Positions 17,299 to 27,142 of a stretch of 32,256 nucleotides of DNA are shown one piece after another. A program made the position numbers and the translations under genes. The notes beneath the pieces were generated by a model. It was given only the letters and a program-made list of their open reading frames with translations, made no database searches and was not told where the DNA came from. Within the stretch, counting starts at the first letter, position 1, and every line of letters starts with the position of its first letter. Origin of the DNA: a virus. Its lineage: Duplodnaviria; Caudoviricetes. Where the stretch lies: IMG/VR virus record IMGVR_UViG_3300044628_000066, positions 1-32,256 of that record. The stretch is one strand, 5' to 3'.

Positions 17299-18039
17299 TC
17301 AGAATCTGCGTTGTGATTGCGCTGCAACAAGTTCATCCATACGACGCTGTGTAGCCCAAGTGGAACCAATGCTTGAGGCACTACCGAGCAGACTGCTAAA
17401 CGAACTGGAGTACGGGCTGATTGTGCCAGCGGTAGCCATGAGGTTGTTCGCGCTTGTACCTGCGATCACACCCTGGTTGATGTAGTTGATCCGTTGCGCT
17501 CGCGCTGCTTCGGCCTGACGTACGGCGTTAGAACTGATGGTCAACTTGTCAATCTCCTTGATCAAGTCCATGCTTGCGGTGACCTCACGCGCACTGCCGA
17601 CACCACCCTGAATGCCTCGCGCTGCCATCGACGCTGTCGCGGATGCGCGGCGTTGACCTGCACCCATCGTGTACTGACCGATTGCCCGTTCGCCGGCAAG
17701 AAGCGACTGCTGCGCTTGCATCTCAGCACCGCGAGCGTTAATCGCTGACATTTGCGCTTGGAACCGTTGGTTCTGCGCTTGCATCTTGAGTTGCGTCTTC
17801 TGACTTTCAGCGGCGTAGAACGAACCGATTGCGCTGTTGACAGCACCGAACACCGACATGATCGAACCGCCCATCATCAGTGCTTCGCCGCTCGTCCAAC
17901 TTGTGCCGGCTGCACCGCCGACAGCACCGCCAACGGCAGGTAGCGTCGATCCACCCGCGCTGTACCCGGCTGGGGTTGGTGATGAACCAAGGATGTTCAT
18001 CAGACTGCTTGACGATGCTGCGTATGCAAATGAACTCAT
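17299..18039 (-). CDS. Internal virion protein (T7 gp14-like position)
   Basis: 246 aa, Ala/Gly/Ser/Gln-rich, with AGQRRASATASMAARGI and a C-terminal SLLGSASSIGS. First of three ejection genes after the nozzle. Confidence 0.75.
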   Translation of the reverse strand: MSSFAYAASSSSLMNILGSSPTPAGYSAGGSTLPAVGGAVGGAAGTSWTSGEALMMGGSIMSVFGAVNSAIGSFYAAESQKTQLKMQAQNQRFQAQMSAINARGAEMQAQQSLLAGERAIGQYTMGAGQRRASATASMAARGIQGGVGSAREVTASMDLIKEIDKLTISSNAVRQAEAARAQRINYINQGVIAGTSANNLMATAGTISPYSSSFSSLLGSASSIGSTWATQRRMDELVAAQSQRRF

Positions 18040-18051
18040 GTCTTTCTCCTG

Positions 18052-20988
18052 TTAACTGCCGACAACGATCTCTGTGGTAATGCCGACAATGGTCAGCGGG
18101 AGCGGGTCGCTCTGCCGAATGTAGATTTGACCGGACTGCGCCCATGTCGGGGTCATAGCAACGCTGACTTCATCGGACTTCAGGGCTGGCGGTGAACCGT
18201 ACGGCTCGGTAGTGCGCTGCTTGACCTCTGTCAACTTGTTTGCGTCAGGCCCAACAAATACACCCGACGATTGGAACACCCGAATCCATGCTTGGTTGAC
18301 GTTCTTCACGCGCCCCTGCGCGAATGCGTCAATATTCAATGCCACTGGCAAGGTCTGTAGGTCGCTTTCGTACGGCAGACCAACGTGAACCACCACCGAC
18401 GCACGTTCAAGTATTGCCACCCCCCCGGTCACCACCACCTGCGGCATCACTGCCCCGTCGGCGAGGATGCTGACCGTCTTACCCTCAAGGTGCGACAGAC
18501 CACTGACCGTGTCCCGTGCAAATGCCCACACAGCGGTCGGAGTTGCCCTGAGAGCGACCGGAATGACCTTGTCCACCTTGGCTGTTGCCACAGTCGGGGA
18601 ACTCGTAGCGAGGATCTTGAGGCGATAGGAAGCACCCGTGGAGTCAGTCAGCACAATGGCATCATTGACATCGGTGGTTCCAGGCCACACGAACAGGTTT
18701 GATGAAGCGGTAATGGTCAATACTTCATCCGGCCCCCAAGATGTGCCACCCGTCACCGTGACGGTTGTCGCGGTCAGGTTTGTGCCGTTAAACGTCGATC
18801 CAGCGTCCACGAAGAAGCAGTCTTTGAGCAAGTTGACCTGCCGAGTTGCCATCCGCTCAACGTATCGCACCGAGTTGCCGTTGATAGTGCGTTGGACAAT
18901 GACGTACAGGGAGTCCTCGTTGCCTTCGGCGACAACGGTGCAGGACTCAAACACGCCGTCGGTGTCATGCTGATGCCATGCACCGATCTGCTGTTCGGGA
19001 ACGTAAGTCAGCCCAAGCAGTTTGCCTGTCGTTGACACAAACCACAGCAGCGGTTGCGGGGACTTGGCGTAGCACATGTCAACAATGTTGAAGTTGTCGA
19101 ACAGGTGTGCAGCGCGGATCGACAGGTCGCCAGTGATGAACCCGTTCGACTGCCATGAGTAGCCGAGTTCGCGAATGTGACCGCCTCTCGCAGCGCAGTA
19201 CACCATGCTGTTGTTGATGATCTCAGGCTGCACGTTGCTTGCGCCAACGTACGACTGCGGACGCACAGACACCGTGGTTGGTGTGATCGCATCGCTGTTC
19301 ACCGGGCTGACGCGCCATTCCGCTGCGCTGGTCAGGAGGATCAACTGTGTCAACGGGATGACATGACGGATGGTGTTGGCTTCTCGCGCTGCGACACGGA
19401 AGTTGATTCGGTCATCGTCCTTGACAGGAAGCGAGTACGACATGTCGCTTTCGGTTCCTGAGCGCGTCATCCACATGCTTTGTGGCTCGTTCGTTGTGCC
19501 GGCAAACACCCGACGCTGCTCAAAGTAACTCACGGCCTGTGGGTAGTTCCCTGCCGACATAAACACCGGGTCAACGATGGGAGGCGTGATCCCCATGTCA
19601 GGCGCAATGTTGTTGTCAGTAAACGAATTGGTATCGGATTGTCCGATATAACCATACAAACCATTTTGTTTCTTGTAGATGTTGTATCGCAATGCCCCTG
19701 ACACAGCCGTCCATGTCAAGTCATTCGACGCGCCTGTCACATTCAAGTTGTTGAATACTGTCCCAGGTGGACTAGCAACACTTTCGTCAAACCCGTTCGT
19801 TGCAATAGATGTAATGACATAGAAGTTGTCAAGGTCTTGCGACTGATTTGCGTATTGAACACTTCCACCACCTGTGTAAACACCAACAGGTGGATTGGTG
19901 CTGTTAAAGTGCGCCCCGGTCGTGTAATACTGCACTTCTAATTTAGTGCTAGGCGTGTTCTTATGGACAATCCAAAATCCATTTGCCTCTGTCATTCCAA
20001 GAACACCGCTAATTTCAACCGGATCTCCAAGAGCCAAATTGTGGTCGGCAACTGTTGTAATCACCGCAATTGCGAAATTTGTAATACCAGAAATGTTGAT
20101 GGATCGACCGCGATTAGCAGTTACCGTTGGCGCAGCAGGTGCTGCAACTGGTGACACAAATAAGATCGTTGACAGCGTCCACGTTGTTGCACTTAATCGG
20201 CGCAACTCGCGTGGTGCATAGTTTGGGTGGACGATGGTCAGCACATCGGCAGACTGCACATAGTGCAAGTCAAACAGGTCAGCCTCTGCGTACGGGGTAG
20301 GGATCTCGTACGCGGCTGAAGGAATCGGATACCAATACGTTGCATTGGTTGGCAGATTGCCTGTTGACGCAAGGATGCAGTAATAGTTTGACCCACCGGA
20401 ACTTACAAGATCGCCCAACGAATAAACTTGGTTTGTCGTAATTGTTCCAGCACCAACACTTGTAATATTAATTGCCGCTCCACCAACAGTCAAAGAGAAT
20501 TGAAATGTGTTTGTGGTTGCGCCAACAACATAATAAGTTGTAAGGGCAGACAAACCTGCTGGAATTGTTGTTGTGGATGCAATTTGGATAGGTGTTCCGT
20601 TTGCATAACCGTGCGCGTTGCTTGTCACAGTTTCTGTGGCAATATCAACAGCCGTGATGGTCTTTGTTGTGCTGAATGCGCTTGTAGTGCCAACCAACAG
20701 CGTCGCACCCTGCGTGTGAAACCGGATGTACCCATCACCAAGTTCAAGCACCATCGTTTGCGTTGTGCTGTAGGTGAACGGGATTAGTCGAGTGCGCTTT
20801 GCGCTGTTCTTGACCTCTCGCACAAATGATGTTCCAGGTCGGTTCTCTGCCGGCCCTTGCGGCATGGCAATGAAGTTCCGCAACTTTGCCGCCCCGGTTT
20901 GGAACTTGACATCGTCAATGCGTCCAAACATCTCAGGCGACAACTCGCCGCCGGCGAACGAACGGAAGAAAGTGCGTGTCATCGGCAT
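18052..20988 (-). CDS. Tail tubular protein B / nozzle, with inserted accessory domains
   Basis: SFAGGELSP...RLIPFTYS...YVQSADVL...YPQAVSYFEQRRVFAG...AWHQH...HVGLPYESDLQTLP...DPLPLTIVGI, the T7 gp12 / P22 gp10-like nozzle signature. Confidence 0.9.
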   Translation of the reverse strand: MPMTRTFFRSFAGGELSPEMFGRIDDVKFQTGAAKLRNFIAMPQGPAENRPGTSFVREVKNSAKRTRLIPFTYSTTQTMVLELGDGYIRFHTQGATLLVGTTSAFSTTKTITAVDIATETVTSNAHGYANGTPIQIASTTTIPAGLSALTTYYVVGATTNTFQFSLTVGGAAINITSVGAGTITTNQVYSLGDLVSSGGSNYYCILASTGNLPTNATYWYPIPSAAYEIPTPYAEADLFDLHYVQSADVLTIVHPNYAPRELRRLSATTWTLSTILFVSPVAAPAAPTVTANRGRSINISGITNFAIAVITTVADHNLALGDPVEISGVLGMTEANGFWIVHKNTPSTKLEVQYYTTGAHFNSTNPPVGVYTGGGSVQYANQSQDLDNFYVITSIATNGFDESVASPPGTVFNNLNVTGASNDLTWTAVSGALRYNIYKKQNGLYGYIGQSDTNSFTDNNIAPDMGITPPIVDPVFMSAGNYPQAVSYFEQRRVFAGTTNEPQSMWMTRSGTESDMSYSLPVKDDDRINFRVAAREANTIRHVIPLTQLILLTSAAEWRVSPVNSDAITPTTVSVRPQSYVGASNVQPEIINNSMVYCAARGGHIRELGYSWQSNGFITGDLSIRAAHLFDNFNIVDMCYAKSPQPLLWFVSTTGKLLGLTYVPEQQIGAWHQHDTDGVFESCTVVAEGNEDSLYVIVQRTINGNSVRYVERMATRQVNLLKDCFFVDAGSTFNGTNLTATTVTVTGGTSWGPDEVLTITASSNLFVWPGTTDVNDAIVLTDSTGASYRLKILATSSPTVATAKVDKVIPVALRATPTAVWAFARDTVSGLSHLEGKTVSILADGAVMPQVVVTGGVAILERASVVVHVGLPYESDLQTLPVALNIDAFAQGRVKNVNQAWIRVFQSSGVFVGPDANKLTEVKQRTTEPYGSPPALKSDEVSVAMTPTWAQSGQIYIRQSDPLPLTIVGITTEIVVGS

Positions 20989-20990
20989 GT

Positions 20991-21671
20991 TTATCTTCCT
21001 GCTGACCAGGGAACGATGTGTTCCACCTTGATGTTTCGCATGTTTGAGTCACTTGTTCGCGCCTGAGACAGATACCCCGCCATCATCTGTAGGCATCGCT
21101 TCGCTTCACCTGACCCGGTGTCGCCCTTGATGATCGGCCCTGCAAGCATTGATGCCAAGTGCCATGACAACGTCATCACGAACAACGGCGTGAACTTCGT
21201 CGGGTCAGACACAAGCGACTGATACCGGAGCATTGCACTTGCCTGGTTGGTGTAGATCACACCCGCACCAAGGGTGTCAGCCTCAACGGCGTACGGTTGC
21301 GGGACGTACTGACCTGCGGAAATAAGCGGGGCGTAGTTGTGTCCAAACGCAGGGCTGTCGGTAGGGACGAACTGCGTTGCGTAGTCGTTGGCAGCGTCAG
21401 GAGGCAGCACACTGACAATGGTCACGCAATCACCAGGCACTGCGTATGCATACTCCCATTCCGGCCACACGTTGGTCACCTGTGCAAGATTGACACGCTT
21501 GGAACCGAAGTTCCAGTTGTGCATTTGCAGGAGTGAGTCGCGAGCAATGGGGTAGAACCGGGCGCACAAACCTGCCTGAAACGATGCTTCAGGCGGGTCA
21601 ATGCTTGAGACTGTCGCCTCATCCCCGATGTGTGATAGAGCAAGGTTGCAGATGTCAACTTCCGATGCCAT
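20991..21671 (-). CDS. Tail tubular protein A / head-tail adaptor
   Basis: MASEVDICNLALSHIG...ARDSLLQMHNWNF...WEYAYAVPGDC...LSWHLASMLAGPI. AGGAGG RBS upstream. Confidence 0.9.
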   Translation of the reverse strand: MASEVDICNLALSHIGDEATVSSIDPPEASFQAGLCARFYPIARDSLLQMHNWNFGSKRVNLAQVTNVWPEWEYAYAVPGDCVTIVSVLPPDAANDYATQFVPTDSPAFGHNYAPLISAGQYVPQPYAVEADTLGAGVIYTNQASAMLRYQSLVSDPTKFTPLFVMTLSWHLASMLAGPIIKGDTGSGEAKRCLQMMAGYLSQARTSDSNMRNIKVEHIVPWSAGR

Positions 21672-21683
21672 AGAAACCTCCTA

Positions 21684-21721
21684 GAAACAAGGGGGAGCCG
21701 TGGTTTCCCAGCGACTCCCCC
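21684..21721 (-). terminator. Rho-independent terminator after the capsid genes
   Basis: Minus strand GGGGGAGTCG-C-TGG GAAA CCA-CGGCTCCCCC followed by TTGTTTC. GC-rich stem, GAAA tetraloop, imperfect U tract. Confidence 0.75.
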
Positions 21722-21745
21722 CATGCGGCAAATCAAATCAAAGGA

Positions 21746-21961
21746 TCAACCCTCGTCAACGTCCGCTTCATCATCCGAAGACTTACGCTTGCCCTTGGCT
21801 TTCCACTTCCTTCCGGAAGCATCAACCGTAGGTTCGCCGTTGCCTGTGCCTGTTACCAGTTCGACACAGTCATTTGAATCTCCGTTGTACTCAAAGACAT
21901 CACCTTCCTCGCGGACGGAATTGTCGATGTAGCACTTAACTTTGGCGCGATACATTGGCAT
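21746..21961 (-). CDS. Small hypothetical capsid-region protein
   Basis: 71 aa (YRAKVKCYIDNSVREEGDVFEY) with an AGGAA RBS-like sequence. Lies between cement and adaptor genes. Confidence 0.7.
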   Translation of the reverse strand: MPMYRAKVKCYIDNSVREEGDVFEYNGDSNDCVELVTGTGNGEPTVDASGRKWKAKGKRKSSDDEADVDEG

Positions 21962-21974
21962 GGTTGGTTCCTAA

Positions 21975-22469
21975 TTACGCAACGGTGAATCCGGAGGCGT
22001 AGAACTTCTTGCCGTCCTGAACGTCCTTAGTGATGTAGCCACAGTAGGAACCAGCAGATGCCGTTCCAATGACGATGTAGCGCAATCCAAGATACCGAGC
22101 AGCCTTGGACGATTCCGTGGTTGCGTTGTATCGAAGAATTGGGTTAAGAGTAATTGTGTGTACCGAACCAACAGTAAGCGCAGCAATTGGAATTGCTCCG
22201 GTCGATCCGCCAACAATAACGCCAGTGGTCAATGCAGTGTCGGTTGCGTAAATCGCATCCCACTGCACCGAGGTAGCACCAGTAACAGCAGCGACAACGT
22301 GGATCATGAAAAACAAGTCTTCACCTTCACCGATATCGCGAGCAATACCCAAGTCAATCGCATCGGTTGACACGGCGGTTGCAGCCGCAGTGGTCGCGAG
22401 TGCGAGTCCGGTCATCGAACCAGTTGCGGGAACTGTTCCTGCAACAACTGAAAGTTGATCAATCATCAT
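21975..22469 (-). CDS. Capsid cement protein (Bbp16-like)
   Basis: MMIDQL...AVSTDAIDLGIARDIGEGEDL...RYLGLRYIVIGT. Directly follows the major capsid gene as in BPP-1. Confidence 0.85.
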   Translation of the reverse strand: MMIDQLSVVAGTVPATGSMTGLALATTAAATAVSTDAIDLGIARDIGEGEDLFFMIHVVAAVTGATSVQWDAIYATDTALTTGVIVGGSTGAIPIAALTVGSVHTITLNPILRYNATTESSKAARYLGLRYIVIGTASAGSYCGYITKDVQDGKKFYASGFTVA

Positions 22470-22497
22470 TTTGGTAATTCCTTTCTAGGAAGTAAAT

Positions 22498-23523
22498 TTA
22501 GGAGACAACGGCTTCGGTGTTCAACAGGCAGTCAACGCGACGGATCGGAATACCTTGGAACGACAGGTAATTACGAGCAGTACCGAACTGCGACAGTGCT
22601 GGCTGAACGGCCAACGCAGCCTGTGAACGGTCGAGGGACTGAACTGCCAAACCGCTGTGAACGGTACGGTTCATGTAGAACGCTGCACGACCCGAATCAA
22701 GGTTCGGGATCTTGTACATAGCGCGCATCATCAACTTGATCAGTTGAGTACCAGTGCTGGCTGCTTGCGTACCAGTGCCGGCAACAATGTCAGCAACCAA
22801 CAGGTTTGGAATGCGGACAACGTAACGCCAGTCCTTCACAACAAGACCGCTCTTCCACTGGTAGCGGGTTGCGTAGGCTTGCATGCGGTTTGCACCGTCA
22901 TACACAGTCTGCTCGCCGAGGTCTTCGTGAAGAAGTCCTGCCTTGGAACCCTTAGGGAACGGGCAGTACACGGTGTTGTCGCCCCACACAACGAGGTACA
23001 CCGAGGTGTTGAGTGCGCCGGACGATGCACCACCAGGGATGATGTTCGTTCCGTTGCCAGCCGAGGTGGACGAGTAACGAGTGGCAAGACCAAGGAACTG
23101 CTTTGGGTCGGTGGCAGGGTTGCCGTAGAACATAGTTTGCGCTTGGGTCTGATTCATCGCCTCAAGGAACGCGGTGTCTTCGGACAAACGGAACTGAGCC
23201 GTGTTGCCGTTGAGCATTGCAAGATCTTTGTCAACTTCGGAACGAGCCTCAAGCATGCCGCATGCTTCGTCAACCTGTGCGGTCGATGACTTGCTGTTCG
23301 GGATGCCTTGGTTGAGGGAACGCCAGTACGCGGTTGGAAGACCCGTACGAATGACAACGCGGTCGCCGGTTGGCAGATTGCCTTCCTTGTACACGCAGTC
23401 TTCGAGGATCTCGTTGGATTGCGAGAGGAGTTCAGCCACGAGTGCGACGCGTCCATCCGGATCGGTGCGCTTTGCCCAGTCGGCAAGAGTCAAATTTGAG
23501 TTACTGTTTGCGATTACTGCCAT
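22498..23523 (-). CDS. Major capsid protein (BPP-1 Bbp17 / epsilon15 gp7-like)
   Basis: LTLADWAKRTDPDG...ELLSQSNEILED...RTGLP...WRYVVRIPN...FQGIPIRRVDCLLNTEAVV. Confidence 0.93.
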   Translation of the reverse strand: MAVIANSNSNLTLADWAKRTDPDGRVALVAELLSQSNEILEDCVYKEGNLPTGDRVVIRTGLPTAYWRSLNQGIPNSKSSTAQVDEACGMLEARSEVDKDLAMLNGNTAQFRLSEDTAFLEAMNQTQAQTMFYGNPATDPKQFLGLATRYSSTSAGNGTNIIPGGASSGALNTSVYLVVWGDNTVYCPFPKGSKAGLLHEDLGEQTVYDGANRMQAYATRYQWKSGLVVKDWRYVVRIPNLLVADIVAGTGTQAASTGTQLIKLMMRAMYKIPNLDSGRAAFYMNRTVHSGLAVQSLDRSQAALAVQPALSQFGTARNYLSFQGIPIRRVDCLLNTEAVVS

Positions 23524-23542
23524 GAGAGTGTTTCCTTATGAA

Positions 23543-24208
23543 TTAGGACTGTTTAGGATAAAGGAAGGCTGCTTGGCTGGCGAAGTCTCGCGGCCGTCCC
23601 TGTGATGGGGCTGCACCGTTTGCCTGTCCAACGTAGCGGTCTTCGGAAATTGACTTACCCGCTCGGAACATAAACCGGATGAACTCCGGGTGATTTCCAA
23701 GACCGGATTCGTTCAGTAGCGATCGAAGTTCAGGTGTCCCGAACTGGTCGAGTGCTTTCTTCGCGGTTGACAGGTTCTCGGAGAGTTTTTCTCCACCAAA
23801 CTCCTTGTCGACCTTTGAACTGTCCGCCCATTGTGTGCGGAGGGTCTCGATCTGCTGGGCTTGACGCGCCTCCATCTTTGGAGCCATGCGGTCAAGTACC
23901 TTCTGTGCAGCATCTTGGGTCAGGTTCAATTCCTTTGCAACTTCAGCGAATGCGGTTAGCACTTCTGCGTCGAATGCTTTGCCTTCTGAGGCTTTGAATT
24001 CGTACTTTTCGGGTGCGCCCTGTGGAGCGTCAACCTTTGTTGCGTCGGGTTCGACAGCCTTGGTTGCATCCGCAACTTGCTGTTCCTGTCCTTCAGTTGC
24101 CTTGCCACCGTAGAGCGCGTCAGCAATGCTTACATCGCTCTTGGGTGCAGCGTCAGCGACAGCAGTGTCATTGGTTGTTGCTGTTGTCGTTGTCAGTGTG
24201 TCTGCCAT
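23543..24208 (-). CDS. Capsid scaffolding protein
   Basis: Acidic N-terminus, APEKYEF, AKELNLTQDAAQK, GLGNHPEFIRFMFRAGKSISED, C-terminal AAFLYP. Lies immediately upstream of the capsid gene. Confidence 0.85.
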   Translation of the reverse strand: MADTLTTTTATTNDTAVADAAPKSDVSIADALYGGKATEGQEQQVADATKAVEPDATKVDAPQGAPEKYEFKASEGKAFDAEVLTAFAEVAKELNLTQDAAQKVLDRMAPKMEARQAQQIETLRTQWADSSKVDKEFGGEKLSENLSTAKKALDQFGTPELRSLLNESGLGNHPEFIRFMFRAGKSISEDRYVGQANGAAPSQGRPRDFASQAAFLYPKQS

Positions 24209-24509
24209 TGTGTTCCTTCACCATCGTTGGGTACAATTCCGGGCAAAGCGAGTGGATCATGTCGAGGGTACGCAGTCCAAAGTTCCGGTTTCCTTCTGCA
24301 AAGGCCATTGCCATTGCATTGGTGTTGAAACTAAGCCTAAATACTCCAGCCTGATCGAGATGTCGCCACAAGAATCGGCGACCTCGCTTGCTACTCATCA
24401 ACCACTTGATATCCGATTCCTCGATTTCCTTGGACAGTTTGTCGCGCAGATCGCGTTCTGCTTTCGTGCGCTCCTGTCCACGAATGTCGAGCGGGTCATA
24501 GTTGCTCAT
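24168..24509 (-). CDS. Bbp19-like protein
   Basis: DIKWLMSSKRGRRFLWRHLDQAGVF...MAFAEGNRNFGL. Lies between portal and scaffold. Confidence 0.85.
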   Translation of the reverse strand: MSNYDPLDIRGQERTKAERDLRDKLSKEIEESDIKWLMSSKRGRRFLWRHLDQAGVFRLSFNTNAMAMAFAEGNRNFGLRTLDMIHSLCPELYPTMVKEHNGRHTDNDNSNNQ

Positions 24510-24515
24510 TGGATA

Positions 24516-24549
24516 AATTTAGCGAGCGTTATTCACAATACGGGTACTA
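24516..24549 (-). promoter_or_regulatory. Putative phage late promoter (copy B) upstream of the head-assembly genes
   Basis: TAGTACCCGTAT-N16-TAAATT-N6-ATG(24509). The initial TAG is the portal stop codon. Confidence 0.7.
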
Positions 24550-26262
24550 CACCTGAGAAGGTGAAGGTGATCCGTACCCTGAGAATTGGTTCATCACATC
24601 CATCAGCGCGTTCTGACCACCACCAGTCGGAGCCTGTGCAAGATTCTTAGCGGTCTGACTCTCTTGCTGCATCACTGCGACCTGCTCCTTTGCAGCCATC
24701 GCCTTGTTCCGTGCGTCGCGAATCAGTGCCACCTGCTTGTCAGCAACGATCAGACTTGGGTCAACGCCGAGCATGTCGGAGTACGCGTCAACCCACTGGT
24801 CAGCGTCAAACTTGTCAAGCACATCAGGCTTGAAGGTGGCGACTTGACCAAGGTTCCCAACAAATCTGTCAACGCTGTTGGTTCCGATGGCGCGTTGAGC
24901 CTGGGCAAGCATTGACACAAATTCAACGCTCAAGTCCATTCCTTGCAGTTCGGGTGGTGCTGGCGGGACAATGCCGGCTGCAACCATGCGAGTGAAGGTG
25001 ATGTCAATGAGCGGGTCAAGGAGTTCGTTGTGCAGACGCTCAAGCACAGGGCCAAGCATCAGCAGTTTCTCCTCATGCCGCTCTGCCACCTCGGTCGCCG
25101 TCATGCGGGTGTCGGTGGCGTTGGCAAGCATCAGGAACAGGTCGGCGTAGAACGACCCGCGCACACGCTCGCGCACATCTTGAATGTCACCAAGCAGGTG
25201 TTGCAGGTTCAGGTTGACCTCAAACGCGGTCTTGATCCCTGAGTTGACACCATCGACAAACGTGATACCACCGGGCAGCATCTCAACGTCGCGGTTCTTC
25301 ATGTTCGCCGGGACTTGCAGCGGCGGTTTCGTCTGGTAGTCGATGACCTGCGCCTTGCGTAGTTGTTCGTGTTGCAGTTGCTTGATGTCACCCAATGCTT
25401 CCATGCCAGGCGAGTTCCCGTAGATATCACCCCCAACGGTTGACCAGCGAGGCACAAGGCATGGGAACTGAGCAAATCCACTCTCGGACAAGAACTTGTT
25501 TGGCTCTCCTCCGATCTCAAAGTAGTAACTTGCCCACGGCATATTCTTGCTGTCGCGCTTTGAATGATCGCGGTCAGCGCGAGGTTCAATCGCATGAATA
25601 ATGGTGATCCATTGGTCAAGGGAACCCCTGTCGAATTGGTTCTGCACACTTGTCGAGCAGTTCTTGTAGCCAAACTCTTTGACGAGTTCGCTGACGGTCT
25701 TTTCAAATTCTCGGTACAGGGTGCAAACGCGACCCTGATAGTCCGTGGCAATGCAATACTCGCCGCAAGTCACGGGGTACTGGTGGATGACATTAGTGAA
25801 GTCCGGCAGCACAATCGAGGCGGCCGTACCAAATGTCCCAAGTTCCTCGTACATTCCGTGTAGTGCGCGATAGGTGTTGGATCGTTGAAAGACCAACTGC
25901 ATGCGCTTCGTGACATCATCAAGCCACAGTTTAACTGGCTGGTATGAATTCAACTCAGGGTCGGCGGTTCCGAGTCGAAACCACGGCCGCGCCGGCGAAG
26001 TTGCACCAGCCATCATCCCTGCACCGAGAGTTCGTAGGGCGCGAGTCCCTGTGTTGTCGTAGATGGCGTTGTGCCGGCGGTGTCCCTTGTCGCGGTCTTG
26101 CGTGAAGTATCGACCATTGCGAGGGAGGATGAAGGTTGTCAACTCCTGATAGTGCGCCCACCAAGACGCACGTTCAGACTTGAGTTGACCCCACCGCGTA
26201 AACAGCCTGTCGCGTGTTGGAGCGTTTTCGTACGAGTTGTTGTCGCCAGTGTATTGACTCAT
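24547..26262 (-). CDS. Portal (head-to-tail connector) protein
   Basis: IYDNTGTRALRTLGAGMMAGATSPARPWF...YGNSPGMEALGD...MTATEVAERHEEKLLMLGPVLERL, the T7 gp8 / Bbp21-type portal. Confidence 0.95.
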   Translation of the reverse strand: MSQYTGDNNSYENAPTRDRLFTRWGQLKSERASWWAHYQELTTFILPRNGRYFTQDRDKGHRRHNAIYDNTGTRALRTLGAGMMAGATSPARPWFRLGTADPELNSYQPVKLWLDDVTKRMQLVFQRSNTYRALHGMYEELGTFGTAASIVLPDFTNVIHQYPVTCGEYCIATDYQGRVCTLYREFEKTVSELVKEFGYKNCSTSVQNQFDRGSLDQWITIIHAIEPRADRDHSKRDSKNMPWASYYFEIGGEPNKFLSESGFAQFPCLVPRWSTVGGDIYGNSPGMEALGDIKQLQHEQLRKAQVIDYQTKPPLQVPANMKNRDVEMLPGGITFVDGVNSGIKTAFEVNLNLQHLLGDIQDVRERVRGSFYADLFLMLANATDTRMTATEVAERHEEKLLMLGPVLERLHNELLDPLIDITFTRMVAAGIVPPAPPELQGMDLSVEFVSMLAQAQRAIGTNSVDRFVGNLGQVATFKPDVLDKFDADQWVDAYSDMLGVDPSLIVADKQVALIRDARNKAMAAKEQVAVMQQESQTAKNLAQAPTGGGQNALMDVMNQFSGYGSPSPSQV

Positions 26263-26264
26263 GT

Positions 26265-26696
26265 TTATCCACCTAACAGCGAACTGCGTCCAAGCGCGAG
26301 CGAGTTCGGGTCAACACCTGCCGGCCCGGTAAGCATTGTTCCTGACACACCACTTGCCTTTGATGCGCCAGCCATGATGCTGCTGACATCAGGTGAGCGG
26401 CGGTTGGCAGCGTTGATTGCCATCTCGGATTGACGCTGCTGTGATGCTGCTGCACGTGTCGCTTGGCTTTGCGCCTTCTTCTGCTGACGCATTGCGTCCT
26501 GTTGAGCCGCTTGACCCTGCATTGCGGCTGCTGCTGAAATGCCAACACCAGCCGCTGCTGCGCCGGCTCCAACTGCTGCCGCGCCGACAGTTGCCGCTGT
26601 TGCTGCTGCTGCTGCACCTGCTGCGGTTCCCGCGCCGGCTGCAATTGCACCGGAAGTACCGAGAATGGCTCCACCAATAGTCGTGAATAGTGGCAT
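26265..26696 (-). CDS. Ala/Gly-rich small virion protein
   Basis: Start moved to MPLFTTIGG (TAATG overlap with the GNAT stop). The C-terminus GTMLTGPAGV...LGRSSLLGG is typical of the pre-portal gene in this phage group. Confidence 0.75.
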   Translation of the reverse strand: MPLFTTIGGAILGTSGAIAAGAGTAAGAAAAATAATVGAAAVGAGAAAAGVGISAAAAMQGQAAQQDAMRQQKKAQSQATRAAASQQRQSEMAINAANRRSPDVSSIMAGASKASGVSGTMLTGPAGVDPNSLALGRSSLLGG

Positions 26697-27142
26697 TACA
26701 ATTCCTTTGCGTATGTTCGTTCGCTTGCCTGGAATCCCATCCGATTGAGCATCCGCTCCACGGTGGTGTTGACCATCAGGTCTGACATTGTGGCTACCTG
26801 TGCGCCTTGTTCCTTTGCCCACGCCTCGTACGCCTTGACAAGCAGGATTGCTGCTCGGCTACCCCGTGCGTCTTCGTTGACCCACCATGCGAGTTCGTGC
26901 GCCATCTTGACACGGGGGCAGAACCAAATGGGGTTGATGATTGCGCCAAGCATGGCAACGACTACCCCACCGAGGTCAGCGACGAACAAGCACCCATGTT
27001 CCATGAGCGCGTGGATCGCGGCTTCCAATTCCGTGTCGGTTGCGTTGATCATCGCTGCGTGTGGCGCGAAGTTGTGGAATTGCCTACTCATATGCGTAAG
27101 AACCTCCACATCGTCAATTGTTGCGCGGCGAATCGTCAGCAT
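26696..27142 (-). CDS. GNAT-family acetyltransferase
   Basis: IRRATIDDV...LFVAD...ELAWWVNEDARGSRAAILLVKAYEAWAKEQGA...RMGF. Confidence 0.88.
   Translation of the reverse strand: MLTIRRATIDDVEVLTHMSRQFHNFAPHAAMINATDTELEAAIHALMEHGCLFVADLGGVVVAMLGAIINPIWFCPRVKMAHELAWWVNEDARGSRAAILLVKAYEAWAKEQGAQVATMSDLMVNTTVERMLNRMGFQASERTYAKEL

Noticed and set aside
26697-26822. N-terminal extension of the 185-aa ORF call
   Set aside because: It overlaps the GNAT gene. The TAATG-coupled ATG at 26696 is the more plausible start.
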